Part shown: positions 13,790 to 24,789 of the stretch, piece after piece
Position numbering within the stretch: the first letter of the stretch is position 1
Layout: the number at the start of each line of letters is the position of its first letter
Source: Escherichia coli
GTDB lineage: Bacteria > Pseudomonadota > Gammaproteobacteria > Enterobacterales > Enterobacteriaceae
NCBI RefSeq assembly: GCF_051903065.1
Contig: NZ_CP178438.1
Length of the DNA: 64,000 nucleotides
Direction: 5' to 3' (one strand)
Notes under the pieces: generated by a model
What the model was told of the DNA's origin: nothing
The model's database searches: none
The model's input: the letters and a program-made list of their open reading frames with translations, nothing else
Translations under genes and position numbers: made by a program

Positions 13790-13862
13790 GCGTCGCATCA
13801 GGCATAGGTTACCGGATGCAGTGTAAACGCCTTATCCGTCCTACGGGGTGGTGCTGTTCGTA
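13790..13862. repeat. REP / palindromic unit (right half of interrupted BIME)
   Basis: gcgtcgcatcaggcat...ccggatgcagtgtaaacgccttatccgtcctac. Confidence 0.6.
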
Positions 13863-13871
13863 TGAGGCGTA

Positions 13872-14924
13872 TCAGGCAATAGTAATTTTGCTATCGAGAT
13901 AAACGTCCTGCACGGCGTTAATCAGTTTCACGCCGTCAGCCATCGATTTCTTGAACGCCTTACGTCCAAGAATCAGCCCCATTCCGCCAGCGCGTTTGTT
14001 GATAACCGCAGTACGCACTGCATCGCTGAGGTCAGTTTCACCGCCTGCAGCACCACCGGAGTTTATCAACCCGGCCCGGCCCATATAGCAGTTAGCTAAC
14101 TGATAACGCACCAGATCAATCGGGTTTTCGCTGGTTAACTTGCTGTACACGCGATCGTCGGTATAACCGTAATTAATCGCTTTATAGCCGCCGTTATTTT
14201 CCGCCATTTTTTGTTTGACGATATCTGCACCTATGGTTGCTGCCAGATGGTTCGCCTGACCAGTCAGGTCGGCGGAAACATGGTAATCAACGCCATCTTT
14301 CTTAAAGGCGGAGTTACGCAAATAGGCCCACAGCACTGTCACCATGCCCAGCTCGTGCGCACGTTCAAAAGCCGCAGAAATTTCTTCAATCTGGCGACGT
14401 GACTCTTCCGAGCCAAAATAGATAGTCGCACCAACCGCCACCGCGCCCATGTTGAAGGCCTGCTCCACGCTGGCATACAGCGTTTGATCGTAGGTATTCG
14501 GGTAACTTAGCGTCTCGTTGTGATTAAGTTTGACGAGAAATGGAATGCGATGCGCATAGCGCCGCGATACCGACGCCAGCACGCCGTAAGTTGATGCCAC
14601 ACAGTTACAGCCCGCTTCGATCGCCAGTTCAACAATGTTTTTCGGGTCAAAGTAGAGCGGGTTAGCGGCAAATGAAGCTCCGGCAGAGTGCTCAACGCCC
14701 TGGTCAACGGGCAGAATAGAAAGATATCCTGTGCCAGCCAGACGCCCGGTGTTGTACAACGTCTGCATATTACGTAACACCGCTGGCGGGCGATTATTGT
14801 CAATCATCACGCGGTCTACGTAGTCATGTCCGGGGAGATAAAGCTGGTCAGAAGGAATAGTCATACAACGGTGCTGTAAAAGGTTGTCGGCGTCTTTGCC
14901 AAGCAACTGCGCAATATCTGTCAT
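13872..14924 (-). CDS. fbaB: Fructose-bisphosphate aldolase class I
   Basis: 350 aa from [10 protein letters not shown]; upstream 24 codons of the 374-aa ORF judged extension. Confidence 0.9.
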
Positions 14925-15180
14925 TACTATGCTCCCGTAAATTCCGATTGGATATCGGCTATGGATTGTCCTGGCCCGCCATTTGCGGGCAATCATAATC
15001 CTGGTCGTTACGGGCGAGTTTTTCCATCTTTTGGATGTTTTTTCAGCGTTTTCTGTTGGCTCGATTCATCAGAAAAAATGTTAGCGCGGTCAAGTTTTCA
15101 CCGCAAAGGTATTTAAAAGGTATTATTAAGTGGTATTGTCATCGCGTACCTTACATTACCTGTCATGAAGGAATTAAAAG

Positions 15181-16458
15181 ATGAAAACAACAGCAAAGCT
15201 GTCGTTCATGATGTTTGTTGAATGGTTTATCTGGGGCGCGTGGTTTGTGCCATTGTGGTTGTGGTTAAGTAAAAGCGGTTTTAGTGCCGGAGAAATTGGC
15301 TGGTCGTATGCCTGCACAGCCATTGCGGCGATCCTGTCGCCAATTCTGGTTGGCTCCATCACTGACCGCTTTTTCTCGGCGCAAAAAGTGCTGGCGGTAT
15401 TGATGTTCGCTGGTGCGGTGCTGATGTATTTCGCCGCGCAACAGACCACTTTTGCCGGGTTCTTCCCGTTACTGCTGGCCTACTCGCTAACCTATATGCC
15501 GACCATTGCGCTGACTAACAGCATCGCTTTTGCCAACGTGCCGGATGTTGAGCGTGATTTCCCGCGCATTCGTGTGATGGGCACTATCGGCTGGATTGCC
15601 TCCGGTCTGGCATGTGGTTTCTTGCCGCAAATGCTGGGGTATGCCGATATCTCACCGACTAACATCCCGCTGCTGATTACCGCCGGAAGTTCTGCTCTGC
15701 TCGGTGTGTTTGCGTTTTTCCTGCCCGACACGCCACCAAAAAGCACCGGCAAAATGGACATTAAAGTCATGCTCGGCCTGGATGCGCTGATCCTGCTGCG
15801 CGATAAAAACTTCCTCGTCTTTTTCTTCTGTTCATTCCTGTTTGCGATGCCACTGGCGTTCTATTACATCTTTGCCAACGGTTATCTGACCGAAGTTGGC
15901 ATGAAAAACGCCACCGGCTGGATGACGCTCGGCCAGTTCTCTGAAATATTCTTTATGCTGGCATTGCCGTTTTTCACTAAACGCTTTGGTATCAAAAAGG
16001 TATTATTGCTTGGTCTGATCACCGCTGCGATCCGCTATGGCTTCTTTATTTACGGTAGTGCGGATGAATATTTCACCTACGCGTTACTGTTCCTCGGTAT
16101 TTTGCTTCACGGCGTAAGTTACGATTTTTACTACGTTACCGCTTACATCTATGTCGATAAAAAAGCCCCCGTGCATATGCGTACCGCCGCGCAGGGGCTG
16201 ATCACGCTCTGCTGCCAGGGCTTCGGCAGTTTGCTCGGCTATCGTCTTGGCGGTGTGATGATGGAAAAGATGTTCGCTTATCAGGAACCGGTAAACGGAC
16301 TGACTTTCAACTGGTCCGGGATGTGGACTTTCGGCGCGGTGATGATTGCCATTATCGCCGTGCTTTTCATGATTTTTTTCCGCGAATCCGACAACGAAAT
16401 TACGGCTATCAAGGTCGATGATCGCGATATTGCGTTGACACAAGGGGAAGTTAAATGA
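15181..16458 (+). CDS. yegT: MFS nucleoside:H+ symporter family transporter YegT
   Basis: 425 aa, 12 predicted TM segments. Confidence 0.88.
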   Translation: MKTTAKLSFMMFVEWFIWGAWFVPLWLWLSKSGFSAGEIGWSYACTAIAAILSPILVGSITDRFFSAQKVLAVLMFAGAVLMYFAAQQTTFAGFFPLLLAYSLTYMPTIALTNSIAFANVPDVERDFPRIRVMGTIGWIASGLACGFLPQMLGYADISPTNIPLLITAGSSALLGVFAFFLPDTPPKSTGKMDIKVMLGLDALILLRDKNFLVFFFCSFLFAMPLAFYYIFANGYLTEVGMKNATGWMTLGQFSEIFFMLALPFFTKRFGIKKVLLLGLITAAIRYGFFIYGSADEYFTYALLFLGILLHGVSYDFYYVTAYIYVDKKAPVHMRTAAQGLITLCCQGFGSLLGYRLGGVMMEKMFAYQEPVNGLTFNWSGMWTFGAVMIAIIAVLFMIFFRESDNEITAIKVDDRDIALTQGEVK

Positions 16459-17459
16459 AAACAGAACGTATTCTCGGTGCTCTTTATGGGCAGGCGTTAG
16501 GGGATGCGATGGGGATGCCCTCCGAGCTTTGGCCACGCAGCCGCGTTAAAGCACACTTTGGCTGGATTGACCGTTTTCTGCCTGGACCAAAGGAGAATAA
16601 CGCGGCCTGTTATTTTAACCGCGCCGAATTCACCGACGATACCTCGATGGCGCTGTGTCTGGCGGATGCGTTGCTGGAACGTAAAGGCAAGATCGATCCG
16701 GATCTGATTGGGCGTAATATTCTCGACTGGGCGCTGCGTTTCGACGCCTTTAATAAAAACGTACTAGGTCCGACCTCGAAGATTGCGCTTAACGCCATTC
16801 GCGACGGTAAACCCGTTGCTGAACTGGAAAACAATGGCGTGACAAACGGCGCAGCGATGCGCGTCTCGCCATTAGGTTGTTTGCTTCCGACGCACGATGT
16901 TGATTCCTTTATTGATGATGTGGCGCTGGCGTCCAGCCCGACCCATAAATCCGATCTGGCGGTTGCAGGCGCGGTAGTCATCGCATGGGCGATTTCTCGT
17001 GCCATTGACGGAGAAAGCTGGTCAGCGATTGTTGATTCACTGCCTTCAATTGCCCGACATGCCCAGCAAAAACGCATCACTACCTTCAGCGCCTCACTGG
17101 CGGCACGGCTGGAGATTGCGCTGAAAATTGTGCGCAATGCCGACGGCACCGAATCCGCCAGCGAACAGCTTTACCAGGTCGTTGGCGCAGGTACCAGCAC
17201 TATTGAGTCCGTTCCGTGCGCCATTGCGCTGGTTGAACTGGCACAAACCGACCCGAATCGCTGCGCCGTCCTGTGCGCTAACCTTGGCGGCGACACAGAC
17301 ACCATCGGCGCTATGGCAACGGCGATTTGCGGCGCGTTGCATGGCGTTAACGCTATCGATCCTGCATTAAAGGCGGAACTGGATGCGGTAAATCAGCTTG
17401 ATTTCAACCGCTATGCCACAGCGCTGGCGAAATATCGTCAACAACGGGAGGCGGTATGA
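16455..17459 (+). CDS. yegU: ADP-ribosylglycohydrolase family protein YegU
   Basis: 334 aa; start overlaps yegT stop (ATGA). Confidence 0.85.
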   Translation: MKTERILGALYGQALGDAMGMPSELWPRSRVKAHFGWIDRFLPGPKENNAACYFNRAEFTDDTSMALCLADALLERKGKIDPDLIGRNILDWALRFDAFNKNVLGPTSKIALNAIRDGKPVAELENNGVTNGAAMRVSPLGCLLPTHDVDSFIDDVALASSPTHKSDLAVAGAVVIAWAISRAIDGESWSAIVDSLPSIARHAQQKRITTFSASLAARLEIALKIVRNADGTESASEQLYQVVGAGTSTIESVPCAIALVELAQTDPNRCAVLCANLGGDTDTIGAMATAICGALHGVNAIDPALKAELDAVNQLDFNRYATALAKYRQQREAV

Positions 17460-18421
17460 GCGGCGCTCGATTACACACGCTGCTGCCTGAATTAACCTCG
17501 CGTCAGCCGGTGATGGTCGTCGGCGCGGCGGTCATTGATGTGATCGCCGACGCTTATGCCCTCCCCTGGCGTGGGTGCGATATCGAACTGAAACAGCAGA
17601 GCGTTAACGTTGGCGGCTGCGCACTGAATATTGCCGTGGCGTTAAAGCGCCTCGGCATCGAAGCGGGTAATGCCTTGCCGCTCGGTCAGGGCGTGTGGGC
17701 GGAGATTATTCGCAACCGGATGGCAAAAGAGGGCTTAATCAGCCTGATCGATAACGCCGAAGGTGATAACGGCTGGTGTCTGGCGCTGGTTGAGCCGGAT
17801 GGCGAACGCACTTTTATGTCATTCAGCGGTGTGGAAAATCAGTGGAATCGCCAGTGGCTGGCGCGATTAACCGTTGCGCCTGGCAGCCTGCTCTATTTTT
17901 CCGGTTATCAACTGGCCTCGCCCTGCGGCGAATTATTAGTGGAATGGCTGGAAAAGCTGCAAGACGTGACGCCGTTTATCGATTTTGGCCCACGTATTGG
18001 CGATATCCCGGATGCATTACTGGCGCGGATCATGGCCTGTCGACCTTTAGTGTCACTCAATCGTCAAGAGGCTGAGATTGCCGCCGAACGTTTTGCTTTA
18101 TCCGCAGAGATAACAACACTTGGCAAGCAATGGCAGGAGAAATTTGCCACGCCGTTGATCATTCGTCTCGATAAAGAGGGCGCATGGTATTTCAGCAACG
18201 ACGCTTCTGGCTGCATTCCGGCATTTCCCACGCAAGTTGTCGACACCATTGGGGCGGGCGACAGTCATGCAGGTGGCGTACTTGCCGGGCTGGCCTCTGG
18301 TCTGCCACTGGCGGATGCCGTATTACTGGGCAATGCAGTGGCGTCGTGGGTTGTCGGGCATCGCGGCGGTGATTGTGCGCCAACGCGCGAGGAACTACTC
18401 CTCGCACACAAAAACGTATAG
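17456..18421 (+). CDS. yegV: PfkB-family sugar/nucleoside kinase YegV
   Basis: 321 aa; C-terminal GAGD motif (DTIGAGDSHAGG); start overlaps yegU stop. Confidence 0.85.
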   Translation: MSGARLHTLLPELTSRQPVMVVGAAVIDVIADAYALPWRGCDIELKQQSVNVGGCALNIAVALKRLGIEAGNALPLGQGVWAEIIRNRMAKEGLISLIDNAEGDNGWCLALVEPDGERTFMSFSGVENQWNRQWLARLTVAPGSLLYFSGYQLASPCGELLVEWLEKLQDVTPFIDFGPRIGDIPDALLARIMACRPLVSLNRQEAEIAAERFALSAEITTLGKQWQEKFATPLIIRLDKEGAWYFSNDASGCIPAFPTQVVDTIGAGDSHAGGVLAGLASGLPLADAVLLGNAVASWVVGHRGGDCAPTREELLLAHKNV

Positions 18422-19141
18422 ATCGCTGCGACAGTGGCTGATGCTGTATTCAATAGGCCGTTGCTGTTGGTCAAGCGCCACTTGCTTGATCACCAGCACC
18501 GGTATTTTGCTATCTAACTGAATATGTGACTGAAACTCGGCATCTGGCATCCGGGCGCTAACGCGGGAACGTGTACGTTGTGGGTAAATGTGCTGGCTGC
18601 GGAAATAGTCATAAAGAGAAATTCCGATGGCATCAACATCATGAATTAAATGCGCCGGAACCCACGATTCCTCAATCGATACCGCTTCTTCATCGACATA
18701 GCGAATACGCTTAAGCAAAAAGACATCACTTCCCGCTTCGACCGCAAGCTGCTGCGCGACTTCTTCGGGACATTTCACGACACGCTTGTTAACCCATAGC
18801 GTATCGGGCTTTTTCCCGCGCAATACCACCTGCTGAGAAAAACCTCGCGCTTCTTTCAACGAGTATTCGAAGATGTTGTTGATCTGCGTGCCGTAACCAC
18901 GCGAACGCGTCACCACGCCCTCTTCTTCCAGCGCCTGCATCGCCTTGCGCACCGTAATGCGCGAAACGCCGGTTAACTGACTTAAATCACGCTCACCGGG
19001 CAAAATATTGCCATGCTCCAGCACCCCGCTGCGCACGGCATTTTTTACCGTTTCGGCAAACTTAATATAAAGCGGCGTGTTATCCGCCGCTAAAATACGC
19101 TCGTTCAGTTGGGCAATCAGCTGGGTATGCGCTTGTTCCAT
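18395..19141 (-). CDS. yegW: GntR/HutC-family transcriptional regulator YegW
   Basis: 248 aa; N-terminal wHTH, UTRA-like C-terminus; 3' end overlaps yegV convergently. Confidence 0.85.
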   Translation of the reverse strand: MEQAHTQLIAQLNERILAADNTPLYIKFAETVKNAVRSGVLEHGNILPGERDLSQLTGVSRITVRKAMQALEEEGVVTRSRGYGTQINNIFEYSLKEARGFSQQVVLRGKKPDTLWVNKRVVKCPEEVAQQLAVEAGSDVFLLKRIRYVDEEAVSIEESWVPAHLIHDVDAIGISLYDYFRSQHIYPQRTRSRVSARMPDAEFQSHIQLDSKIPVLVIKQVALDQQQRPIEYSISHCRSDLYVFVCEE

Positions 19142-19192
19142 TTGTCTTTTTCCTGCCAGGGAGTCTGGTGGGAGTATATCACTGCTTCTTAT

Positions 19193-20011
19193 TTAAGGCG
19201 TTTCTTTAATCCCATCAACGAATGCCTGCAACTCCTCCACCGTGCCATTAAATACATTAAAATCCACCGGACCATTGATGCCATCTACCTGTCCACGGTC
19301 GGAATGCTGCCAGAAACGCCAGGCCATGCCGTCATTGTCCGGACGACGTTGATAGTAGTGAGCCACCCACCACGGATATTCATTGAAATAGCCCGCCAGA
19401 TTGGTGTGATAAAAAACGGCTCCTGAGTAAATAATCGGCTTTTTTCCCGTACTTTTTTCGACCATTTTTAGCCACTGACTTACCCGCTTGCGTAATTCTT
19501 TTGCCGATAATTTTCCCCGTTCCTCTACGTCCAGCACGGCAGGGAAATCGCCTTGTGAGAAATCCACCGTTTGCAGAAATAATCGCGCCTGAACAAGCGC
19601 TGCTACCGACGGGGAGAAATAATGATACGCCCCGCGCAGCAGGCCATTTTCGCGGCTTAGTTGCCAGTTACGCGAAAAATAGGGGTCCACCAGCTTTTCG
19701 CCTTCCGTCGCCTTGATAAAGGCAAATTGTAAGCGGATACCGTTATCGCGCATTTTTGCCACCCGCTGCCAGTCGATCCGCTCCTGCCAGCGCGAAACAT
19801 CTATTCCGTGAATGGTGTAACTGGCAGGAATACGAATAGCGAAAGATTTAACCGGGCGATAACCGTAGAAGTGGATGTAGTCTGTAATCTGAACTGCTGT
19901 CGAATAGAAAAAATTCACCGTCTGACGCGGATAAATTGCAACGATGGAAATTAGCCCAAGAGCGCATAATAGAGCGGTGAGTTTTTTTCGACTGGTAATT
20001 CTTAGCTGCAT
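19193..20011 (-). CDS. yegX: Glycoside hydrolase family 25 (lysozyme-like) protein YegX
   Basis: ORF 19193..20020; GH25-like core; start codon choice (MKPMQ vs MQLRI) uncertain. Confidence 0.75.
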   Translation of the reverse strand: MQLRITSRKKLTALLCALGLISIVAIYPRQTVNFFYSTAVQITDYIHFYGYRPVKSFAIRIPASYTIHGIDVSRWQERIDWQRVAKMRDNGIRLQFAFIKATEGEKLVDPYFSRNWQLSRENGLLRGAYHYFSPSVAALVQARLFLQTVDFSQGDFPAVLDVEERGKLSAKELRKRVSQWLKMVEKSTGKKPIIYSGAVFYHTNLAGYFNEYPWWVAHYYQRRPDNDGMAWRFWQHSDRGQVDGINGPVDFNVFNGTVEELQAFVDGIKETP

Positions 20012-20075
20012 TGGTTTCATCCCTGAATGTCAGTGCCAAAGGCTGACAATAACCAAAGCAGCTATAGTACGGTGC

Positions 20076-20876
20076 TCACCACCAGGCGTGGAAGTGGTGA
20101 ACCGGACCAATACCGTGACCAACTTCCAGCGTGTCGGCCTGTGCTAACGCCGATGAAAGCCAGCTTTTTGCCTCCTGTACGGTGTCAGCCCAGTTTGTAT
20201 GGCGCGGGCGTAGTGCAGCCAACGCCGCAGAGAGCGTACAACCAGTGCCGTGGGTGTTTTTGGTCATAATGCGCGGTGCAGTAAATCGTTGTTCTCCCTC
20301 ACGAGTAAACAGCCAGTCCGGGCTTTGCTCATCATCCAGATGACCACCTTTCATTAGCACTGCGCCACAGCCCATCGCCAACAGCGATCGCCCTTGTTCC
20401 AGCATTTCCTGTTCGGTGCGCACGTGTGGCGCGTCGAGCAAGGCGGCTGCTTCGGGCAAGTTTGGCGTTATTAATGAAACCTGTGGCAATAATCGACTGC
20501 GTAGCGTGGCAACTGCCGAAGGTGAAAGCAGTGGGTCGCCGCTTTTTGCCAGCATAACGGTGTCGAGTACCACGTTTTGGATCTGATAACGTTGCAACCG
20601 TTCTGCCACCGCTTCAACAATATCGGTTTCCGCCAACATACCGATTTTAGTGGTATCGATTCGCACATCGCTGAACACCGAATCGAGCTGGGCGGCGACA
20701 AAATCAGGCTCAATGCGATACACCGACTGTACGCCACGGGTATTTTGCGCCACCAGTGCAGTAATAACTGAGCAACCATAAGCGCCAAGTGCCGAGAAGG
20801 TTTTAAGATCGGCCTGAATCCCCGCACCACCACTCGGATCAGTACCGGCAATCGTCAGAGCGTTAATTCGTTTCAT
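20076..20876 (-). CDS. thiD: Hydroxymethylpyrimidine / phosphomethylpyrimidine kinase
   Basis: 266 aa; PfkB-like fold, GTGCT motif; overlaps thiM stop. Confidence 0.92.
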   Translation of the reverse strand: MKRINALTIAGTDPSGGAGIQADLKTFSALGAYGCSVITALVAQNTRGVQSVYRIEPDFVAAQLDSVFSDVRIDTTKIGMLAETDIVEAVAERLQRYQIQNVVLDTVMLAKSGDPLLSPSAVATLRSRLLPQVSLITPNLPEAAALLDAPHVRTEQEMLEQGRSLLAMGCGAVLMKGGHLDDEQSPDWLFTREGEQRFTAPRIMTKNTHGTGCTLSAALAALRPRHTNWADTVQEAKSWLSSALAQADTLEVGHGIGPVHHFHAWW

Positions 20877-21661
20877 GCCTGCACCTCCTGCGTCAATTGC
20901 CAGAGCGCATCAAGGAAATGTGGAACAAAACTGCCTGGCCCCTCGCTTCTGGCGACTGCGCGTTCTCCGGCTTGTTTCATCCAGTGACAGGCAGATGCGA
21001 CATTTTCCAGCATATCGCCTGGTAACGCACAGCAGGCAGCGATAACTGCCGATAATGCACAGCCAGTTCCTACCACTTTGGCCATTAACGGATCGCCGCC
21101 GTGAATGCCAACGGTGCGACGACCATCGGTAACATAATCCACCTCGCCAGTGACCACGACGATTGCGCCAGTTTCCCGTGCCAGTGTTTGTGCAGCGGGT
21201 ATCGCGTTAGCTGCGGCGTCAGTGGTATCCACTCCCCGTCCACAATTAGCAACGCCAGCTAATGCCATGATTTCCGAAGCATTACCACGTATCGCTGCCG
21301 GTTTAAAAGATAAAAGTTCATGACAAAAATGGCGGCGATAATCGAGCGCACCAATCGCTACTGGATCAAGCGTCCAGGGGGTTTGAGAGCTTTTTGCTTG
21401 CTCAACGGCGGCACGCATCGCCTGTGCGCGTGGCTGCGTCAGCGTGCCAACGTTAATCAACAAGGCACTGGCGATAGCCGCAAACTGACTGGCCTCTTCG
21501 GTTTCGATAACCATCGCTGGCGATGCACCGAGCGCCAGCAAGGTATTGGCAGTAAAGGTTTGCACCACATCGTTGGTCATGCAGTGTACAAGAGGGGAAT
21601 GTTGGTGAAAAAGGTGTAACGTGTGCGCAGATTGCGCGGAACTCAGCAGGTCGACTTGCAT
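20873..21661 (-). CDS. thiM: Hydroxyethylthiazole kinase
   Basis: 262 aa; preceded by thi-box riboswitch. Confidence 0.92.
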   Translation of the reverse strand: MQVDLLSSAQSAHTLHLFHQHSPLVHCMTNDVVQTFTANTLLALGASPAMVIETEEASQFAAIASALLINVGTLTQPRAQAMRAAVEQAKSSQTPWTLDPVAIGALDYRRHFCHELLSFKPAAIRGNASEIMALAGVANCGRGVDTTDAAANAIPAAQTLARETGAIVVVTGEVDYVTDGRRTVGIHGGDPLMAKVVGTGCALSAVIAACCALPGDMLENVASACHWMKQAGERAVARSEGPGSFVPHFLDALWQLTQEVQA

Positions 21662-21800
21662 AGTTTGCTCCTGCCATAACGTGAAGAAGCAATGACCTGG
21701 TGGTCCGTGACTTCCCTACGCTGGCATTATCCAGATCAGGTGATACGGGTATTTCTCAGCCTTCACGCAGAAGGGCACCCCGAGTCGTTTGGTTGCGATG
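21662..21800 (-). promoter_or_regulatory. TPP riboswitch (thi-box) in thiM 5' leader
   Basis: Minus-strand reads ...cggggtgcccttctgcgtgaaggctgagaaatacccgtatcacctgatctggataatgccagcgtagggaa..., the canonical E. coli thiM aptamer, followed by the SD-sequestering segment ggcaggagcaaactATG. Confidence 0.88.
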
Positions 21801-21883
21801 ATAAATCGCAGAGGAAGATGGTAATGTCCAGCGCACGCGTTGTAAACGAGGAAAAACCGCAGTTTTACAATCGCGTTAATAAA

Positions 21884-22156
21884 TTATTTGATATAAGAAT
21901 CCAGCACCTTCAGAACGACATCCAGATCTTCTTCACGCTTTAGTTCATCGCCCTGGTGAACAATGTGTTCTGTCAGATGACCTTTAATCACTTCCCGCAT
22001 CAGGCCGTTTACCGCGCCACGGATAGCAGCAATCTGTTGTAAAACTGCAGCGCATTCGTGCGGCTCGTCGAGCATTTTCTTGAGCGCCACGACCTGGCCC
22101 TGAATCTTACTGGCACGCGCTTTCAGTTTCTGTTTATCACGGATTGTATGAGACAT
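21884..22156 (-). CDS. rcnR: Ni/Co-responsive repressor RcnR (CsoR/RcnR family)
   Basis: 90 aa ([41 protein letters not shown]...). Confidence 0.92.
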
Positions 22157-22204
22157 GGCAACACCTGGTTAACAAGAATATGAAAAATCATAGCACTATT
22201 AATC

Positions 22205-22239
22205 TACTGGGGGGTAGTATCAGGTACTGGGGGGGAGTA
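22205..22239. promoter_or_regulatory. Tandem RcnR operator sites (TACT-G6/7-N-AGTA)
   Basis: tactggggggtagta (22205-22219) and tactgggggggagta (22225-22239) in the divergent rcnR-rcnA intergenic region. Confidence 0.8.
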
Positions 22240-22276
22240 GAATAAGATTGCCGAATTAATACTAAGAATTATTATC

Positions 22277-23101
22277 ATGACCGAATTTACAACTCTTCTT
22301 CAGCAAGGAAACGCCTGGTTCTTCATCCCCAGCGCCATCTTACTTGGTGCGCTTCATGGCCTGGAACCAGGGCACTCAAAAACGATGATGGCGGCGTTTA
22401 TCATCGCCATCAAAGGCACCATTAAACAGGCGGTGATGCTCGGACTGGCAGCAACCATTTCACATACTGCGGTGGTCTGGTTGATTGCCTTTGGCGGGAT
22501 GGTGATCAGCAAGCGCTTTACTGCTCAATCAGCAGAACCGTGGCTCCAGCTGATTTCCGCAGTGATCATTATTAGCACCGCGTTCTGGATGTTCTGGCGT
22601 ACCTGGCGCGGCGAACGCAACTGGCTGGAGAATATGCACGAGCATGATCATGAGCATCATCACCACGATCACGAAGATCACCAAGACCATGGACATCATC
22701 ACCATCACGAACATGGCGAGTATCAGGATGCCCATGCACGAGCCCATGCCAATGACATTAAACGACGCTTTGATGGTAGAGAGGTCACCAACTGGCAAAT
22801 TTTGCTATTTGGCTTAACCGGTGGCCTTATCCCCTGCCCGGCAGCAATTACCGTGCTGTTGATTTGCATTCAGTTGAAAGCCCTGACACTGGGCGCAACA
22901 CTGGTCGTCAGTTTCAGCATTGGCCTGGCGTTAACGCTGGTCACCGTAGGCGTTGGCGCAGCAATCAGCGTTCAGCAGGTCGCAAAACGCTGGAGCGGAT
23001 TTAACACTCTCGCTAAACGCGCCCCCTATTTTTCCAGTCTGTTGATTGGCTTAGTCGGTGTGTATATGGGCGTACATGGATTCATGGGCATAATGCGATA
23101 A
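22277..23101 (+). CDS. rcnA: Ni/Co efflux permease RcnA
   Basis: 274 aa; His-rich cytoplasmic loop (HEHDHEHHHHDHEDHQDHGHHHHHEHG). Confidence 0.92.
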   Translation: MTEFTTLLQQGNAWFFIPSAILLGALHGLEPGHSKTMMAAFIIAIKGTIKQAVMLGLAATISHTAVVWLIAFGGMVISKRFTAQSAEPWLQLISAVIIISTAFWMFWRTWRGERNWLENMHEHDHEHHHHDHEDHQDHGHHHHHEHGEYQDAHARAHANDIKRRFDGREVTNWQILLFGLTGGLIPCPAAITVLLICIQLKALTLGATLVVSFSIGLALTLVTVGVGAAISVQQVAKRWSGFNTLAKRAPYFSSLLIGLVGVYMGVHGFMGIMR

Positions 23102-23319
23102 CTCAATCCTTTAGGCTTGCATGTTATCTTCAGCCCAGGATGATTCTTAAATCAGCTATTTCCGCTGACTCTCTGCTCGATAAGGATGCTTTTAGGGCAT
23201 CCTTTCATTTACACTTTTTACGAAATCATGGGATCACTAACAAAATATCGCTTGTCAGTTATATTGTATGGCATGAAAGATATGCGACTGATATTACAGA
23301 TCCCCAAAGTGGAGAATTT

Positions 23320-23658
23320 ATGACCATTAAATATAAGATGTTGCTGGGTGCGCTTTTGCTGGTTACCAGTGCCGCCTGGGCCGCACCAGCCACCGCGGGT
23401 TCGACCAATACCTCGGGAATTTCTAAGTATGAGTTAAGCAGTTTCATTGCTGACTTTAAGCATTTCAAACCAGGGGACACCGTACCAGAAATGTACCGTA
23501 CCGATGAGTACAACATTAAGCAGTGGCAGTTGCGTAACCTGCCCGCACCTGACGCCGGAACCCACTGGACCTATATGGGTGGCGCGTACGTGTTGATCAG
23601 CGACACCGACGGTAAAATCATTAAAGCCTACGACGGTGAGATTTTTTATCATCGCTAA
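23320..23658 (+). CDS. rcnB: Periplasmic Ni/Co homeostasis protein RcnB (YohN)
   Basis: 112 aa from MTIKYKMLLGALLLVTSAAWA (signal peptide); upstream part of ORF judged spurious. Confidence 0.85.
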   Translation: MTIKYKMLLGALLLVTSAAWAAPATAGSTNTSGISKYELSSFIADFKHFKPGDTVPEMYRTDEYNIKQWQLRNLPAPDAGTHWTYMGGAYVLISDTDGKIIKAYDGEIFYHR

Positions 23659-23690
23659 AAAAAGCCCCCTCATCATGAGGGGGAAATGCA
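23656..23690. terminator. Bidirectional rho-independent terminator between rcnB and yehA
   Basis: aaaaaaagccccctcatcatgagggggaaatg: GC hairpin flanked by A-run and T-rich stretch. Confidence 0.6.
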
Positions 23691-23739
23691 GACACCTTGT
23701 TATTTTTTATTATTAGCCACTTGCTCGTCTTGCTTGTTA

Positions 23740-24774
23740 TTAGTCGTATTTCACGTTGATTAGTGCGGTTGCCTCCAGTGCGCCAGATTTAACTTTGTTT
23801 GTATCGTAGACGTAGTAACTGGCTGTTATCGGAATTGAAACCGTTGTATCTGTAAGTTTTAACTTTGCCGCAATTTCTTTTAAATTTGTGTATCCTTTAC
23901 TGCTGTTAGTGATATTTAAAAGTGTGACTGGCGAACCATTACTTTCAAGAATAAATCCTACGCCATTATCTTCCGCACCTTTCAGTATTGTGTTGCTGTT
24001 GGTTAACAAGTCAGAACTTGATAAATACACCTGCATTTTCCGTGATGTTTGATTTTGTTGACCTAATAAATTTTTACAACGCAGAATAATATCCCCTTTT
24101 TTACTATTTACTGTTGCTTTGTTACCTGTGGCTGGTAATTGTGAAACGGGAATACTCTCTAAAGTAATTAATAAATCGTCCGGTTTGCAGGTTGTGGTTA
24201 TCGGGTTGTATGACAATGTCAGATTAAAGGAATAGACACCTGCATTTTGTGCCAATGCATTTCTGTAGCTATTTACACATGCATCCCATGACTTGCCACC
24301 TAATAAACACAGTAGAAATTGTACTGCGGCACTCCCGCGTGTCGATGATGAAGCACTGGATAATGTCGCAACACCATTAATCATCACTGAACCGCCGCCC
24401 CCCGCAGAAACATTCACTTTTGCATTACTGGCCGCAGGTGTCACCGTTACCGAATAACCACTGGTGAAACTGGTCTGATTATTTGACAACGTGATGTTAT
24501 TTTTATTGGTCCATTCAAAATGTAAATTTAATTTAATAGTATCGTTATAAAGTCCAACAATAATATCCGACGGGCTCATAGGGGTGATAGTATTTGTACT
24601 TACGCATGACGAATCATTAAAATTATGCTCATAGGTCGCCATTTGTGTTTGAGTAAGTGCAAAATCCCCCTGAACAACCAAATTGTGCTGAACAGATAAC
24701 TCACTATAACATGCTGCATAGCTCACTGGCATAACCATCATCATTAATATAAATAGCATTATGCGAATTTTCAT
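23740..24774 (-). CDS. yehA: Fimbrial adhesin-like protein YehA (chaperone-usher fimbriae)
   Basis: 344 aa, signal peptide, Ser/Thr/Asn-rich; last gene of yehDCBA. Confidence 0.8.
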   Translation of the reverse strand: MKIRIMLFILMMMVMPVSYAACYSELSVQHNLVVQGDFALTQTQMATYEHNFNDSSCVSTNTITPMSPSDIIVGLYNDTIKLNLHFEWTNKNNITLSNNQTSFTSGYSVTVTPAASNAKVNVSAGGGGSVMINGVATLSSASSSTRGSAAVQFLLCLLGGKSWDACVNSYRNALAQNAGVYSFNLTLSYNPITTTCKPDDLLITLESIPVSQLPATGNKATVNSKKGDIILRCKNLLGQQNQTSRKMQVYLSSSDLLTNSNTILKGAEDNGVGFILESNGSPVTLLNITNSSKGYTNLKEIAAKLKLTDTTVSIPITASYYVYDTNKVKSGALEATALINVKYD

Positions 24775-24789
24775 AGAACCACCTGACTA

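Noticed and set aside
22529-22798. 89-aa minus-strand ORF rich in M/V/I antisense to rcnA
   Set aside because: Artefact of reading His-rich CAT/CAC codons on the opposite strand; it lies entirely inside rcnA.
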